Below the pieces are notes generated by a model. It saw nothing but the letters and a program-made list of their open reading frames with translations. It searched no databases and was not told the origin of the DNA. A DNA stretch of 64,000 bases from Myxococcota bacterium. GTDB lineage: Bacteria; Myxococcota_A; UBA9160; SZUA-336. Positions 35,266-45,059 of the stretch are shown in pieces. The stretch covers positions 992,001 to 1,056,000 of the forward strand of contig CBDFGR010000003.1 in the NCBI GenBank assembly GCA_965247115.1, in the 5' to 3' direction. How positions within the stretch are numbered: the first letter of the stretch is position 1; each line of letters begins with the position of its first letter. A program made the translations under genes and the position numbers.

Positions 35266-35435
35266 ATCTTTTCACAAACTGGGGGAGTCCCGGCAGCTGC
35301 CCAAGTGCCGAAAGCGCAAGGGCTTCGGACCGCTAGCGCAGAACCACTAGCGCTCTGTCCGCGCAGGCTACCGGGCAAGTTGCGTCAAATCATGACGAAC
35401 TCCCCCCAGTGCTCCCCCCAGGCTACTCTGCCCAC

Positions 35436-36195
35436 ATGAGCTGGCTCTCCGAGTGGCGCGCGCTATCGGATCAAATCGAGGGCTTCCTGGAAGCTGGCAG
35501 GTTCTACAGGGACTTCCTGACCGTGAACTCATCCGATCCGTACTCGGTCGCCAAGAACGATCTGATACCGCGGATCAGTCAGATCTCGAGTCAGCTACGG
35601 GACTATCGCGCCGCCTACCAGTCGATTCTACCCGGCGACCGCCGCGACGGCCCTCGGGGAGGTCTCCGGTAGGCTGGATAAGGTCGTGGCGGCCACTACC
35701 CAGAGCACGCGGATGTTCACAGTCCAGGTCGGCACGACTGCGCTGGCGGCGTTCCGCGCCTCCTTCGAGTACCACATCTCTGACCACTCGTTCACAGCGC
35801 GCCGCCTCTCCGAGCGGGCGTTCATTCACCTCGAGCGAACGATCATGGTCGATGAGTCGGCCCGCTTACGGTGGCAAACCGCCTTCAATGATCGGGAAGA
35901 GGCGGTAGAGCGACTGGGAGCCGTTCACCTGCTCCAGCACGGGATCTGGGCATTCAAGGCAGACGCCGTTGGCGGGAGGACCGATCTGGTTCTGGGAGAG
36001 CCCCTGACCGATCTCGCCAGGGCAGAGTGCGCAGCCGAAGCCCTCGTCCTCGTCTCCGAGAAGGCGATCGAGGTCCCAGCAGATCGCGAGTACGAGGGTG
36101 CGACACACCATTTCGTGAACGTAGCCGTAGATCCGACGTACCATCGCGCCGCGCACGCCAGGCACAGTGAAGTTCCCGACGGTCAGCCCAACTGA
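35436..36195 (+). pseudogene. Hypothetical protein, frameshift near 35631 and probable internal deletion
   Basis: MSWLSEW...YQSILP continues in another frame as ATAATALGEV...; GIWAFKADAVGGRTDLVLGEP. Confidence 0.6.
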
Positions 36196-36661
36196 TGTCG
36201 CGGCCTGGTGGGGAGCAGTAGTCGCTACTGCGGTGCTCGCGTGGGACGCCTACAAGTGGCGGAAGCGAGGGGCACAGATTCAGATCAATGCCACCCCAAA
36301 AATGCGCGTGCTGAATGTCCCCGGGATTTCTCAAGACGACCGGTTCGTCTCGGTGACGGTCTTCAACACAGGGGATCAGCCGAGCACGATCACCAACCTC
36401 TGCGGATTCCACTTCGAGAGCATCTGGCATCAGATCGTTCGGTGCGGAACGGGCTTCGTCGTCGTGAATCCCGGCTTCGGTCCCGGTGTCCCTGCCGTAA
36501 TCCAACCCGGCGGACAGTGGCAAGGAGGTATCAGCCAATCCGAGCTTGAAGAGGACCCTGGGCCAGGCGGGCGCCTTTACTGCGGCGTAGCAACGTCCAC
36601 CACTCGGAAGCCAGTCTACGCGCGCGTGCGACTGCCGAAAACTGCCAGTGATGTTGGATGA
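36167..36661 (+). CDS. Hypothetical protein with N-terminal membrane anchor
   Basis: AAWWGAVVATAVLAWD followed by a beta-rich domain. Confidence 0.7.
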   Translation: MKFPTVSPTDVAAWWGAVVATAVLAWDAYKWRKRGAQIQINATPKMRVLNVPGISQDDRFVSVTVFNTGDQPSTITNLCGFHFESIWHQIVRCGTGFVVVNPGFGPGVPAVIQPGGQWQGGISQSELEEDPGPGGRLYCGVATSTTRKPVYARVRLPKTASDVG

Positions 36662-36841
36662 CGTGATCTCCGGCTCTCCGGACCCCCTTTCTACCAGGTC
36701 TCTAGCTAGGTTGCCTGCGGGATTCTATTCGTCTCGCTAGGCTGTTCAGTGGAGGCACCGGAATCGCGACCGGGGCCGCCCCTGCCTCGGGCGGCCTGCC
36801 TCCGTTTCTCTTTGGGGCACGTCGCAGGAGGCAGCGGCAAG

Positions 36842-37615
36842 ATGGCGCGCGAGAGCGGACAGAGTTGGGAAGACTGGATCGCCTGGGCATCTGAGGTCGT
36901 CGACGACCAGGTGACCCGCTGGGGCATTGACGCCAGCGAGGCCGAGGCCTTCAAAGCGCGACTCCGAGACAGCAAGACCATGCGCGAGCTCGCGAGCGGT
37001 CCGCTGCCGGATCAGGTGCGGTGCCGGCTCTCGTTCGCTGCGCTTGTCGACGCGTTGCTCGAGCCGACCGCGACGTCCCTGCGGAAGTCGGGCTTCCGAG
37101 TACCGGTGGACTCACCAGAGGGTGAGGAGCTCGTCGTTCAGATCGCGGTCCGAGAAGAAGCCGTCCAGGCACTACGGAAGGCTGGCGACGACGATCTCGC
37201 TGACAAGGCCGAGGCTCGGCTCGAGTTCGACAGATCTGCCCTTGTTCGCAAGTCAGCCGGAGCGCCTCTGTCTCTGAAGTACAGGGTCACCTACGCGCTC
37301 GAGGGCGTTCTGCGAGTCGATAACAGCATGAAGGTAACGGAGCGGCGCGAGTTGATCGCGCGCTTGGTTAGCGAGTTCGTGGAACCAGTCGGAGCTGTGC
37401 AGCTCAAGTGGGCGATCGAGGCTCAGTTGGGAAGGGATCGACGGGCGGGACGGACAGCAACCTTCCCTGTGGCCGGAGGGCTTGCTCGCAAGACGCTGGA
37501 GGCGCTCGGCCGGGCGCCAGAGGACCTCGTAGCCGATCACTTCAGCGGGTTGGTTCAGCTCGAACCGGAGCAGAACCGCTACGGCGCTCTCATCCCGAGG
37601 GACGAGGACGAATAG
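36842..37615 (+). CDS. Hypothetical protein (mobile element)
   Basis: AGGAGG RBS, typical codon usage, no recognised domain. Confidence 0.65.
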   Translation: MARESGQSWEDWIAWASEVVDDQVTRWGIDASEAEAFKARLRDSKTMRELASGPLPDQVRCRLSFAALVDALLEPTATSLRKSGFRVPVDSPEGEELVVQIAVREEAVQALRKAGDDDLADKAEARLEFDRSALVRKSAGAPLSLKYRVTYALEGVLRVDNSMKVTERRELIARLVSEFVEPVGAVQLKWAIEAQLGRDRRAGRTATFPVAGGLARKTLEALGRAPEDLVADHFSGLVQLEPEQNRYGALIPRDEDE

Positions 37616-37719
37616 GGAGGTCTGACCCACGTAATTGCTCCGCCGAGTAATCGGGGCGAAACCTGCAGGAGTTTCGTCTGTTTCTAGCTGAGTCGTGACT
37701 TGCCACGGTCTGCCCTGGA

Positions 37720-37980
37720 ATGGAACGGATCGACCCGAAGCTCGACGGCGCCTACGCGGGGACGATTCGCAAGATCGCCCGACTGCGCGGCTATCCAGAA
37801 CGCCGTGTTCGCGAAGGCGTGAAGCGGGGCGAGATTCCCGTCTACCAGCCGCCGGGTGCGTGGGCGATGGTTCGCCTGGCCGACGTCGATGCCTGGTTTC
37901 GTTCGCACCAGGTGAGTCCGACGACGCACGCGCGGGAGCGTGTTGCTGAGGTCCTCGCGCGGGAAGGGCGGCCGACGTGA
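37720..37980 (+). CDS. Excisionase/AlpA-like HTH protein
   Basis: VREGVKRGEIP...VRLADVDAW pattern; start uncertain. Confidence 0.7.
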   Translation: MERIDPKLDGAYAGTIRKIARLRGYPERRVREGVKRGEIPVYQPPGAWAMVRLADVDAWFRSHQVSPTTHARERVAEVLAREGRPT

Positions 37981-38600
37981 CTCGGAAGAAAAGCGCCGCC
38001 GCCCCGGAGGACGGGACGACGGCACGAGGATCTGGCGCGGATCCGGCGGGCAGCATACACCAGTCTGCGACACCGAGCAATGTCGTCCCGATCCAGCCGG
38101 AGCAGGCGGAGGTAAAAGAGCCGGAACCCTTCGGCGTCGACGACGGCGCTCTCTTCCGAACGCAGATCGCGGATGGCAAGTATCTGGTCGTCTACCTCGG
38201 TCACCAGCTGACCAAGCGATGGCGCCGCGAGATCTACGACATCGCGTTCCGCGTCGTGGACGTGCTCGAAGTCCCCAAAGGCGCCGACACCACGAACGCG
38301 ATCGGCGCGCTGATCCCGTACTTCCTGAACCGGCCGGCGAAGCTACGCCGCGGGGCCAGCAGCCTCCGCAACAAGTTCGCGATCGACTGGCGCCTCATCA
38401 CCGACCGGCTTCCACCCCGTGATCTCCGCCATGTGGACCCAGGCGACCTCTACGGGAATTGTACCCTGGCGGTGCGCGTTCAACGGATCGGCAAGGACGC
38501 ACGCGGCCGCGAGCTCCCGCGTTCGGCCTCCTACTCGGCGGTCGCTGAGGTGATCGAGCGTATTGATGGCACACCGCCCTGTATGAGGAGAAAGAGCTGA
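37977..38600 (+). CDS. Hypothetical protein, possibly replication/ssDNA-binding
   Basis: GTGA coupling to the xis-like gene; function inferred from position only. Confidence 0.6.
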   Translation: MTRKKSAAAPEDGTTARGSGADPAGSIHQSATPSNVVPIQPEQAEVKEPEPFGVDDGALFRTQIADGKYLVVYLGHQLTKRWRREIYDIAFRVVDVLEVPKGADTTNAIGALIPYFLNRPAKLRRGASSLRNKFAIDWRLITDRLPPRDLRHVDPGDLYGNCTLAVRVQRIGKDARGRELPRSASYSAVAEVIERIDGTPPCMRRKS

Positions 38601-39089
38601 TGCAGTCTGAGCTCTTCTCACTCTGCACTGAACACCGGGCTCTTCACACTACCCACTGGGTAACGCAGGTAAGTGCCCGAGAATGCGAATGCGAACCCGC
38701 CGCGCCGGCGGGCACTCCGGCGCACTCACGATTGGGGCTCGCACCCCAGGGCCCGGGAGAGCGGGCGGAGGCTGAGCTCCAGTATTCCGCCCGCCCCTCG
38801 GGACGCAGCAGCGCTAGCGACAGTGGAGATCGTAGCCCTCAACGCGCGCCTGCGCAGCTTCGGCTCTTCGGATCATGTCATGCCCGTGATCGTGGCGATG
38901 ATGATCTCGCTGGTGGGGATGATGGCCACCACCTTCGCGCTGATCACGTGCCCGCCCCTGAGATCGCACCCCGTCGGCCACTGAAGCCACCCGCGGACCT
39001 GGCGCTGCTCGGCCAGGAGAGTCAGATCTCCGGCATACGGACCTTTACACACGAACCGCGCCGGACGAGCGCAGAGGAGGATTCAGAGC

Positions 39090-39626
39090 ATGAGCGCAAC
39101 TTCGAGTAGGTCGCAGTACATGGAAGAGCCGGTGCGGGAGGTCCACCTGGGCCCACCGCGCGGCACGCCACCGCCTCGCAGTCCGCTCGACGATCCAGCG
39201 ATTCAGCGGATGCTCGAACGCTTCGCGGATATGGGGGAGGAGAGGGCTGGCTTGCAGCGCCAGCTTGTTGAGCTGACGCAAAGACGCATGGACCTCCGGA
39301 CTGAGGCTCGCCAACGCGCTGACCGGCGGACGTACCTGGAGCAGCAGAAGCTCAAGACACCGAATGTGCAGGGACGCGAGTCCATTCAGCGGCAGATCCG
39401 CTGGCTCGACGCAGACGATAAGCAGAACGCCGACGAGCTCACCCGCGTCGAGAAGCGCTATGCCGCCCCCAACACAGAGTGGCAGGAGATCGCGCGTCTC
39501 TACGGTTCCTGCAAGAAGTATCTGATCGACGAGGTCGGCCTGCGCGAACAGGACTTACCGCCACAACCACCGATCGGCCGAAAACCGCACGAGGCGACGA
39601 CGGTAGTTGCGACAGTGAGAGGGTGA
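39090..39626 (+). CDS. Hypothetical coiled-coil protein
   Basis: GAGGAGG RBS, heptad-rich sequence. Confidence 0.7.
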   Translation: MSATSSRSQYMEEPVREVHLGPPRGTPPPRSPLDDPAIQRMLERFADMGEERAGLQRQLVELTQRRMDLRTEARQRADRRTYLEQQKLKTPNVQGRESIQRQIRWLDADDKQNADELTRVEKRYAAPNTEWQEIARLYGSCKKYLIDEVGLREQDLPPQPPIGRKPHEATTVVATVRG

Positions 39627-39631
39627 GGAAC

Positions 39632-40189
39632 ATGACCAAGAACCCAGACGCCACAGATCCAGTAGTCGAGCTCGCCAAGATTCGCGATCAACACAACGAG
39701 GTGTCGCTCAAGAAACGCGAGGTCGAGCAGACCCCTGCTGCCGAGGCGGAGTTGAGGGAAGGCACCAAACGCTATGTGAAAGAGACCGGAGCGAGGTATG
39801 AGTGCCCGGTGTACACCCTCGCGCCCGGCCGGCATGACTTCGAGCTTATCCCCATCCACCTCCGTAGCGAAGTTGGGCGTGGCCCGATGGCGCCTGACGA
39901 TCGCGCCGCGGTCGAAGCGTATGTGTGCAGGTTCCATGCAGAGGAGGTTCTAGCGGGGCTCGGGCGCGAGATCGACGCGTTTGTAGCCGAGCATGGGCCT
40001 GGTTTCACAGCGGACGAGCGATGCGCACGCCTCGAGAAGATCGACCAGGAGCTCAACAGGCTCGAGGTGAAGGAGGAGGCGATCATCAGGCGCGCCGCCA
40101 GACGCGGGGTACGTCTCATTCGACGAGGAGATGCCGACCCGCGGATCGTACTCGCCGATCTCGGCGATGCGTCGCCGAGAGCCGCATGA
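39632..40189 (+). CDS. Hypothetical helical protein
   Basis: GAGGA RBS; ends RRGDADPRIVL. Confidence 0.7.
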   Translation: MTKNPDATDPVVELAKIRDQHNEVSLKKREVEQTPAAEAELREGTKRYVKETGARYECPVYTLAPGRHDFELIPIHLRSEVGRGPMAPDDRAAVEAYVCRFHAEEVLAGLGREIDAFVAEHGPGFTADERCARLEKIDQELNRLEVKEEAIIRRAARRGVRLIRRGDADPRIVLADLGDASPRAA

Positions 40190-40391
40190 TTTCGTCCAGG
40201 CATGGCGGAATGCGCGCGCGCTTTGCAACCACCAAAGCGTGTGTATCTCGGAAAAAGGGTCGATCGTGATGCGTCCCAGGGTCCCAACCGTCCCGAATGC
40301 CGTAGTTTTCCCGCGTCCCCTGGGAGTTAATGCGGCGCGCGGCTGGGGCCCGTCCCGCCCGCCTCTCTCCCTCAATTGAGGAGACCACAAC

Positions 40392-40988
40392 ATGAGATAC
40401 CGACAGATCGGCGACGAGGTCTTCAACAGCAAGGGGCAACTCGTCGGCCGATATCCGATCCCGAATCCAAAGGGCGGCGGTTCGGTGAAGGTCCGAGACG
40501 CCATCGGTAGAACCGTCTACCTCGATGCTCGAGAAATCAACGGCTACACAGTGCCGAGTTATGCAGCCGATCCCGTCGAGCCTTCCGTCGGCGCCGACCA
40601 CAACATCGTCGTCACCGTGGACCTGGTGCAGCCGTACAGCACTCAGGGCTCGAGCCGACGCGACCTGTCGACATTCAAGCGCGACCTAGAGCTCGTCTCC
40701 GCAATCAAGTCGAGAGGTCGCAAGCTCCACATCGAGAAAGCGCGAACGGCCGCCCTCATTGCCGAGAACCTCGAAAACCTCGAAGAGCTCCACGAGAACC
40801 TGTACGAGCACACGCTCGATAGCATGGCCCAGGTCCTTTGGCGAGAGCGCAACGGCGAGGGTTGGACGCAGGCTCGCGCCGAGCTGCCGCCCTTGGCGAC
40901 ACCGAGAAGCGACGCTGCGGCCGCGGGCTGGGATGCGCTCGCCGAAAACCACTACTCGAAGGAAAAGGAGAGAGCGAATGTCCGTTGA
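40392..40988 (+). CDS. Hypothetical phage protein
   Basis: GAGGAG RBS, open 198-aa frame. Confidence 0.7.
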   Translation: MRYRQIGDEVFNSKGQLVGRYPIPNPKGGGSVKVRDAIGRTVYLDAREINGYTVPSYAADPVEPSVGADHNIVVTVDLVQPYSTQGSSRRDLSTFKRDLELVSAIKSRGRKLHIEKARTAALIAENLENLEELHENLYEHTLDSMAQVLWRERNGEGWTQARAELPPLATPRSDAAAAGWDALAENHYSKEKERANVR

Positions 40989-41190
40989 GCTGACTCAGGC
41001 CGAGGCCCTCGAGGTCCTGCGTGCCGCGCGTTCCGTGTTTGCGAACGCGGCGAAGAGACCGATCGGCGAAACAGGCGCTGGCCATTCGTGCTCGCCCGGC
41101 TCGACCTGATCAAGGCAGACGCCGACGCCCTAGTCGTTGTCGTCGCGCCGTAGTTGCACACGCGTGTACGACCGGGGGGAAATCAACTCG

Positions 41191-41235
41191 GGGTCCTATC
41201 TGGCCCTGCCCAGCACGGGTAACGCGCAGTGCGGG
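41191..41235 (+). other. Putative lambda-type cos site (cosQ plus cosN)
   Basis: GGGTCCT, then GCAC-GGGTAACGCGCA-GTGC dyad, ~120 bp upstream of terS. Confidence 0.7.
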
Positions 41236-41350
41236 GTAGATCTAGTGAGAGGCCGAGTTTTCGGGCCGTTTCGTTTCGGTTTGGAGAGTGCTGGGGATGA
41301 AGGTCGAGACCATCGGTGGTCGTCAGAAGCGCGCGGACCGTAGAGAACCG

Positions 41351-41950
41351 ATGGCCGGCAACACCTACGGGGTGAGCGTGATCGCCCGGGTCCTCATGTT
41401 GGGGGAGCGGCGCGTTCAGCAGCTCGCGCGTGAAGAGATCATCCCGAAAGCCGCGCGTGGCCAGTACGACCTGATCGCCTGCGTCCAGGGTTACGTGGCC
41501 TGGCTCCAGAAGCAGATCGAGAGGCGGCAGGCCGAACGGAGCGATGAATACGATGTCGAGCGTACCCGGCGCGAACGGGCGAACGCGGAACTCGCGGAAC
41601 TCACGCTCCGTGTCAGGAAGGAGGAGCTGGTCGATCGGGCAGACTCTGAGCTCGCCCTGGTCGAGCTGGCTTCGACGATCACGACGCGGCTCCGAACGGT
41701 CCCGACAACGACGGCGCCGCTAGTCCGTGCCCTCAAAACGACCCGGCAGATCGAGGAGGTCCTCCGGAACCAGATCGACAGCGCGCTCCAAGACCTCGCT
41801 TCTGCGGGGACTGCGCTCACGGACAAAGAACCGAAGCGGCGCCCGCGAGCTGCTCGGAGTGGCGCTGGGGACGATGCGTCCGCCGCCGCGAATCGGCGTC
41901 CGAGAGTGGGCGGATCGAAAGAGGGTTCTCAGTCCGGAGGCAAGCGCTGA
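41351..41950 (+). CDS. Terminase small subunit (Nu1-like)
   Basis: LMLGERRVQQLAREEIIPKAARGQYDLIACVQGY winged HTH plus coiled coil. Confidence 0.85.
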   Translation: MAGNTYGVSVIARVLMLGERRVQQLAREEIIPKAARGQYDLIACVQGYVAWLQKQIERRQAERSDEYDVERTRRERANAELAELTLRVRKEELVDRADSELALVELASTITTRLRTVPTTTAPLVRALKTTRQIEEVLRNQIDSALQDLASAGTALTDKEPKRRPRAARSGAGDDASAAANRRPRVGGSKEGSQSGGKR

Positions 41951-43733
41951 ACCGGGTCAGTGGCGGACGAGCCGCGTACCGTATTTGGCCGGTCTCATGG
42001 ATGCATTCACGGAGCCGGACGTCGACCAGGTCGTTGGTGTGTTCGCCTCGCAAGCCGCGAAGACCGAAGCCGTCCTCAATCTGATCGGCTTCCATATCGA
42101 CTACGACCCGGCGCCGATGCTCTTCCTCGAGCCGACGCTGGACATGGCGAAGACCATCTCCAAGGATCGCATCGCGCCGATGCGCCGGGACACGCCGGCG
42201 TTGCGCGCGAAGATCCGCGACGCGCGAACCCGCGACTCTGACAACACGCTGCTGCACAAGTCCTTCCCGGGCGGACACTTGACGCTCGCCGGGGCGAACT
42301 CCGCGGCGGATCTTTCGAGCCGCCCGATCCGGATCGTGATCGCGGACGAGGTCGATCGGTATCCGCCGAGCGCTGGGACTGAGGGCGATCCCGTTCAGCT
42401 GGCAACGACCCGGACCTCAACGTTTTGGAATGCTCTGGTCGTGCTGATCTCCAGCCCTGGGACTGCGGGGATCAGCCGCCTCGAGGTCGCCTGGAACGAA
42501 AGCGATCAGCGGCGGTACTTCGTGCCGTGTCCGGACTGCGGAGAGTTTCAGACACTCATCTGGGATCAGGTCCACTGGGATAAGAGCGAGTCCGGCGCGC
42601 ACGTGCCGGAGAGCGCGATCTACGCCTGCAAGCGTTGCGGCTCGGCCTGGGATGACGTCGACCGCTGGGGCGCGGTCAGTCAGGGAGAGTGGCGGGCGAC
42701 GGCAGAGTTCAAGGGCACGGCAGGCTTCCACCTATCGGCGCTCTACTCGCCGTGGGAACGGCGGAACCTCCAGGCGCTAGTGAAGCAATGGCTCGCGGCT
42801 CAGGGGAACACGCCGCTCCTGAAGGTGTTCATCAACACGGTACTCGCGGAGTGGTGGGAAGAGAAGTACCACAGCCTCGACAAGGATCGGATCCGCGAGC
42901 GCAGCGAAGAATACCCGGAGCAGGAAGGTCAGCAGGTGGTTCCCCGCGCTGCGGCGGTACTCACGGCAGGCGTCGACGTTCAGGACGATCGCATCGAGTG
43001 TCAGGTGGAGGCCTGGGGCCGCGGCGAGGAGAACTGGAAGCTCGAATACCACGTCCTGCCGGGCGACCCGTCCGCGAAGGCTATCTGGGACGAGCTCTGG
43101 GAGCTGATCTGTAGGCCTCGGAGACTCGAGCGGGGTGGCGTCGACTACATCCGCGCGACGTGCGTCGATACAGGCCATCACACGCTGAGAGCGTATGACT
43201 TCTGTCGGCCGCGGTTTCGCGTGCCGACTCCCGATGGGCGTCGCGCCTACGTCTTCGCGGTGAAGGGCTCTGCGGGGGCTGGCGATCTCTGGCCGAAGAA
43301 GCCGAACATGAACAACAAGGGGAAGATCCCCCTGTTCACTCTCAGGGTCGATGCGGCGAAGGAAGCGATCCACCGCTCCCTCCAGAAGAACGTCGAGCCC
43401 GGCCCGGGGTATATCCATTTTCCGAGCTGGCTGCCGGCGGAGTACTACGAGCAACTCACGGCGGAGCAGGCTCATGAGGTCCACGACAAGCGTGGTTTCC
43501 CGAGTCGTGCATGGGAGCTGAAGAGCCCAGGTCGGCGGAACGAGGCACTCGACACCGCGGTCTATGCAATGGCCGGACTTGAAGGCTTGAAGTCGATGGG
43601 TCTCGACCTCGAAGCGGAGGCGAACCGAGTCGAGGCCCTGATCGAGCTCGCGACCAAAGCCGACGCGGCGCACTCGCCGGCGAAGACGAAGCGCGGGCGC
43701 CGGAAGAACTCGAGCAGCTGGCTGAACCGTTGA
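41874..43733 (+). CDS. Terminase large subunit (GpA family)
   Basis: EWADRKR, SAEPGQW, DEVDRYP, VPCPDCGEFQ, GVDVQDDR, RNEALD; start approximate. Confidence 0.95.
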   Translation: MRPPPRIGVREWADRKRVLSPEASAEPGQWRTSRVPYLAGLMDAFTEPDVDQVVGVFASQAAKTEAVLNLIGFHIDYDPAPMLFLEPTLDMAKTISKDRIAPMRRDTPALRAKIRDARTRDSDNTLLHKSFPGGHLTLAGANSAADLSSRPIRIVIADEVDRYPPSAGTEGDPVQLATTRTSTFWNALVVLISSPGTAGISRLEVAWNESDQRRYFVPCPDCGEFQTLIWDQVHWDKSESGAHVPESAIYACKRCGSAWDDVDRWGAVSQGEWRATAEFKGTAGFHLSALYSPWERRNLQALVKQWLAAQGNTPLLKVFINTVLAEWWEEKYHSLDKDRIRERSEEYPEQEGQQVVPRAAAVLTAGVDVQDDRIECQVEAWGRGEENWKLEYHVLPGDPSAKAIWDELWELICRPRRLERGGVDYIRATCVDTGHHTLRAYDFCRPRFRVPTPDGRRAYVFAVKGSAGAGDLWPKKPNMNNKGKIPLFTLRVDAAKEAIHRSLQKNVEPGPGYIHFPSWLPAEYYEQLTAEQAHEVHDKRGFPSRAWELKSPGRRNEALDTAVYAMAGLEGLKSMGLDLEAEANRVEALIELATKADAAHSPAKTKRGRRKNSSSWLNR

Positions 43734-43743
43734 GAGGGTCGCG

Positions 43744-43788
43744 ATGGCCTGGACGCAAACCGATCTCGATGCACTCGATGCCGCCTTG
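43744..43788 (+). pseudogene. gpW-like head completion protein, N-terminal stub
   Basis: MAWTQTDLDALDAAL directly after terL, then fused to portal sequence. Confidence 0.7.
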
Positions 43789-45049
43789 GGCGGAAGCTGC
43801 GCTCGAGTCGTTCGTCGCGAATGTCGTCGGAAACGGCATCCGTCCCAAGCCCGTCACGGGAAGCGAGGAGCTCCAGGCTCAGATCCTCGATGCCGCGCTT
43901 GCTTGTCGGGAGATGAAGGAGGCCGGTGAGGTCTTCATTCGACAGCGTCCACGCCGACGCTCGGATGGCTTGTCCGTCCCGATGCAGCTTCAGATGCTCG
44001 AGGGGGATCACCTCGACTCGGCGATGTTCCGCCCGCTTCCGGGCGGTCGCCGGATTCAGGCTGGGATCGAGTTCGACGCGGTCGGTCGGCGGCAGGCCTA
44101 TCACTTCTGGCGCGAGCATCCGGGCGAGTTCAACCTCCGGCAGCAACGCAAGGTCATCGTTCCCGCCGACCGCGTGATCCATCTCTTCCGTGTGACGTGA
44201 GCTGGTCAGCTTCGAGAGATCCCGGGATTCGCCTCTGTGCTGGTCAAGCTCTACGAGCTCGATCAGTACGACGACGCGGAGGTCGTGCGCAAGAAGATCG
44301 CCGCGATGTTTGCGGCGTTCGTGACCAAACCGGCCTCCGATTCAGACCCCTTGGGTGCGGGCTCTCAAGGAGAGGACGATGAGAACATCCCGCTCGCGTC
44401 ACTGGAGCCGGCGACAGTGCAAGAACTCGGACCTGGCGAGGAGATCAAGTTCGCCGAGCCGGCCGATGTGGGGGGGTCGTACGAAGCCTTCATGCGTGTG
44501 CAGCTCCAATCGGTCGCGATTGGCCTAGGCATCACGTACGAGCAGCTCTCGGGCGACCTCTCGAAGGTGAACTTCTCGAGCATCCGAGCTGGGTTGCTCG
44601 AGGTGCGCCGCCGCATGGAGCAGATCCAGCGCAACGCCATGGTCTTCCAGCTCTGTCGACGCGTCTGGCGCTGGTGGTTGCCGGCCACGGTGCTCTCAGG
44701 GCGCGTTCAGGTCCCAGCGGAGGAGCGCGCGAAGATGAGCCGGCTGCTGCGCGCGCAATGGCAGCCGCCGGGCTGGGAGTACGTGGAGCCCGAGAAGGAC
44801 ATCAAGGCTGCGGTCCGTCGGATCCGGGCTGGCCTGTCGAGCCGAAGCCTCGAGGCCGCAAAGCTGGGGCTCGATGTGGAGGAGCTCGATCGCCAGATCG
44901 CCGCCGACAACGAGCGCGCACGCGAGCTCGGCCTCGTGTTCGACAGCGATGCATCAAGCGACATGGATGGCCAAGCCCGGGCAGGCGCGCTCGGTGCCGG
45001 AGAGAACGGCGAAGAGGGTCAGGCCGGCTCCGATTCCGCAGCCGCGTAG
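43785..45049 (+). pseudogene. Lambda-family portal protein with 5' deletion, internal deletion and in-frame TGA at 44198
   Basis: NVVGNGI, AGIEFD, RVIHLF, ITYEQLSGDLSKVNFSSIRAG. Confidence 0.9.
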
Positions 45050-45059
45050 GGGAGAGGTC

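Noticed and set aside
35217..35292. Functional tRNA-Asp
   Set aside because: No D-arm or acceptor 5' strand.
38600..39109. CDS at 38600-39109 or 38673-38984
   Set aside because: Atypical composition and competing frames; cannot be supported as coding.
44198..44200. Programmed readthrough or Sec at the portal TGA
   Set aside because: It sits at an expected Arg (CGA to TGA) in a gene that already has two deletions.
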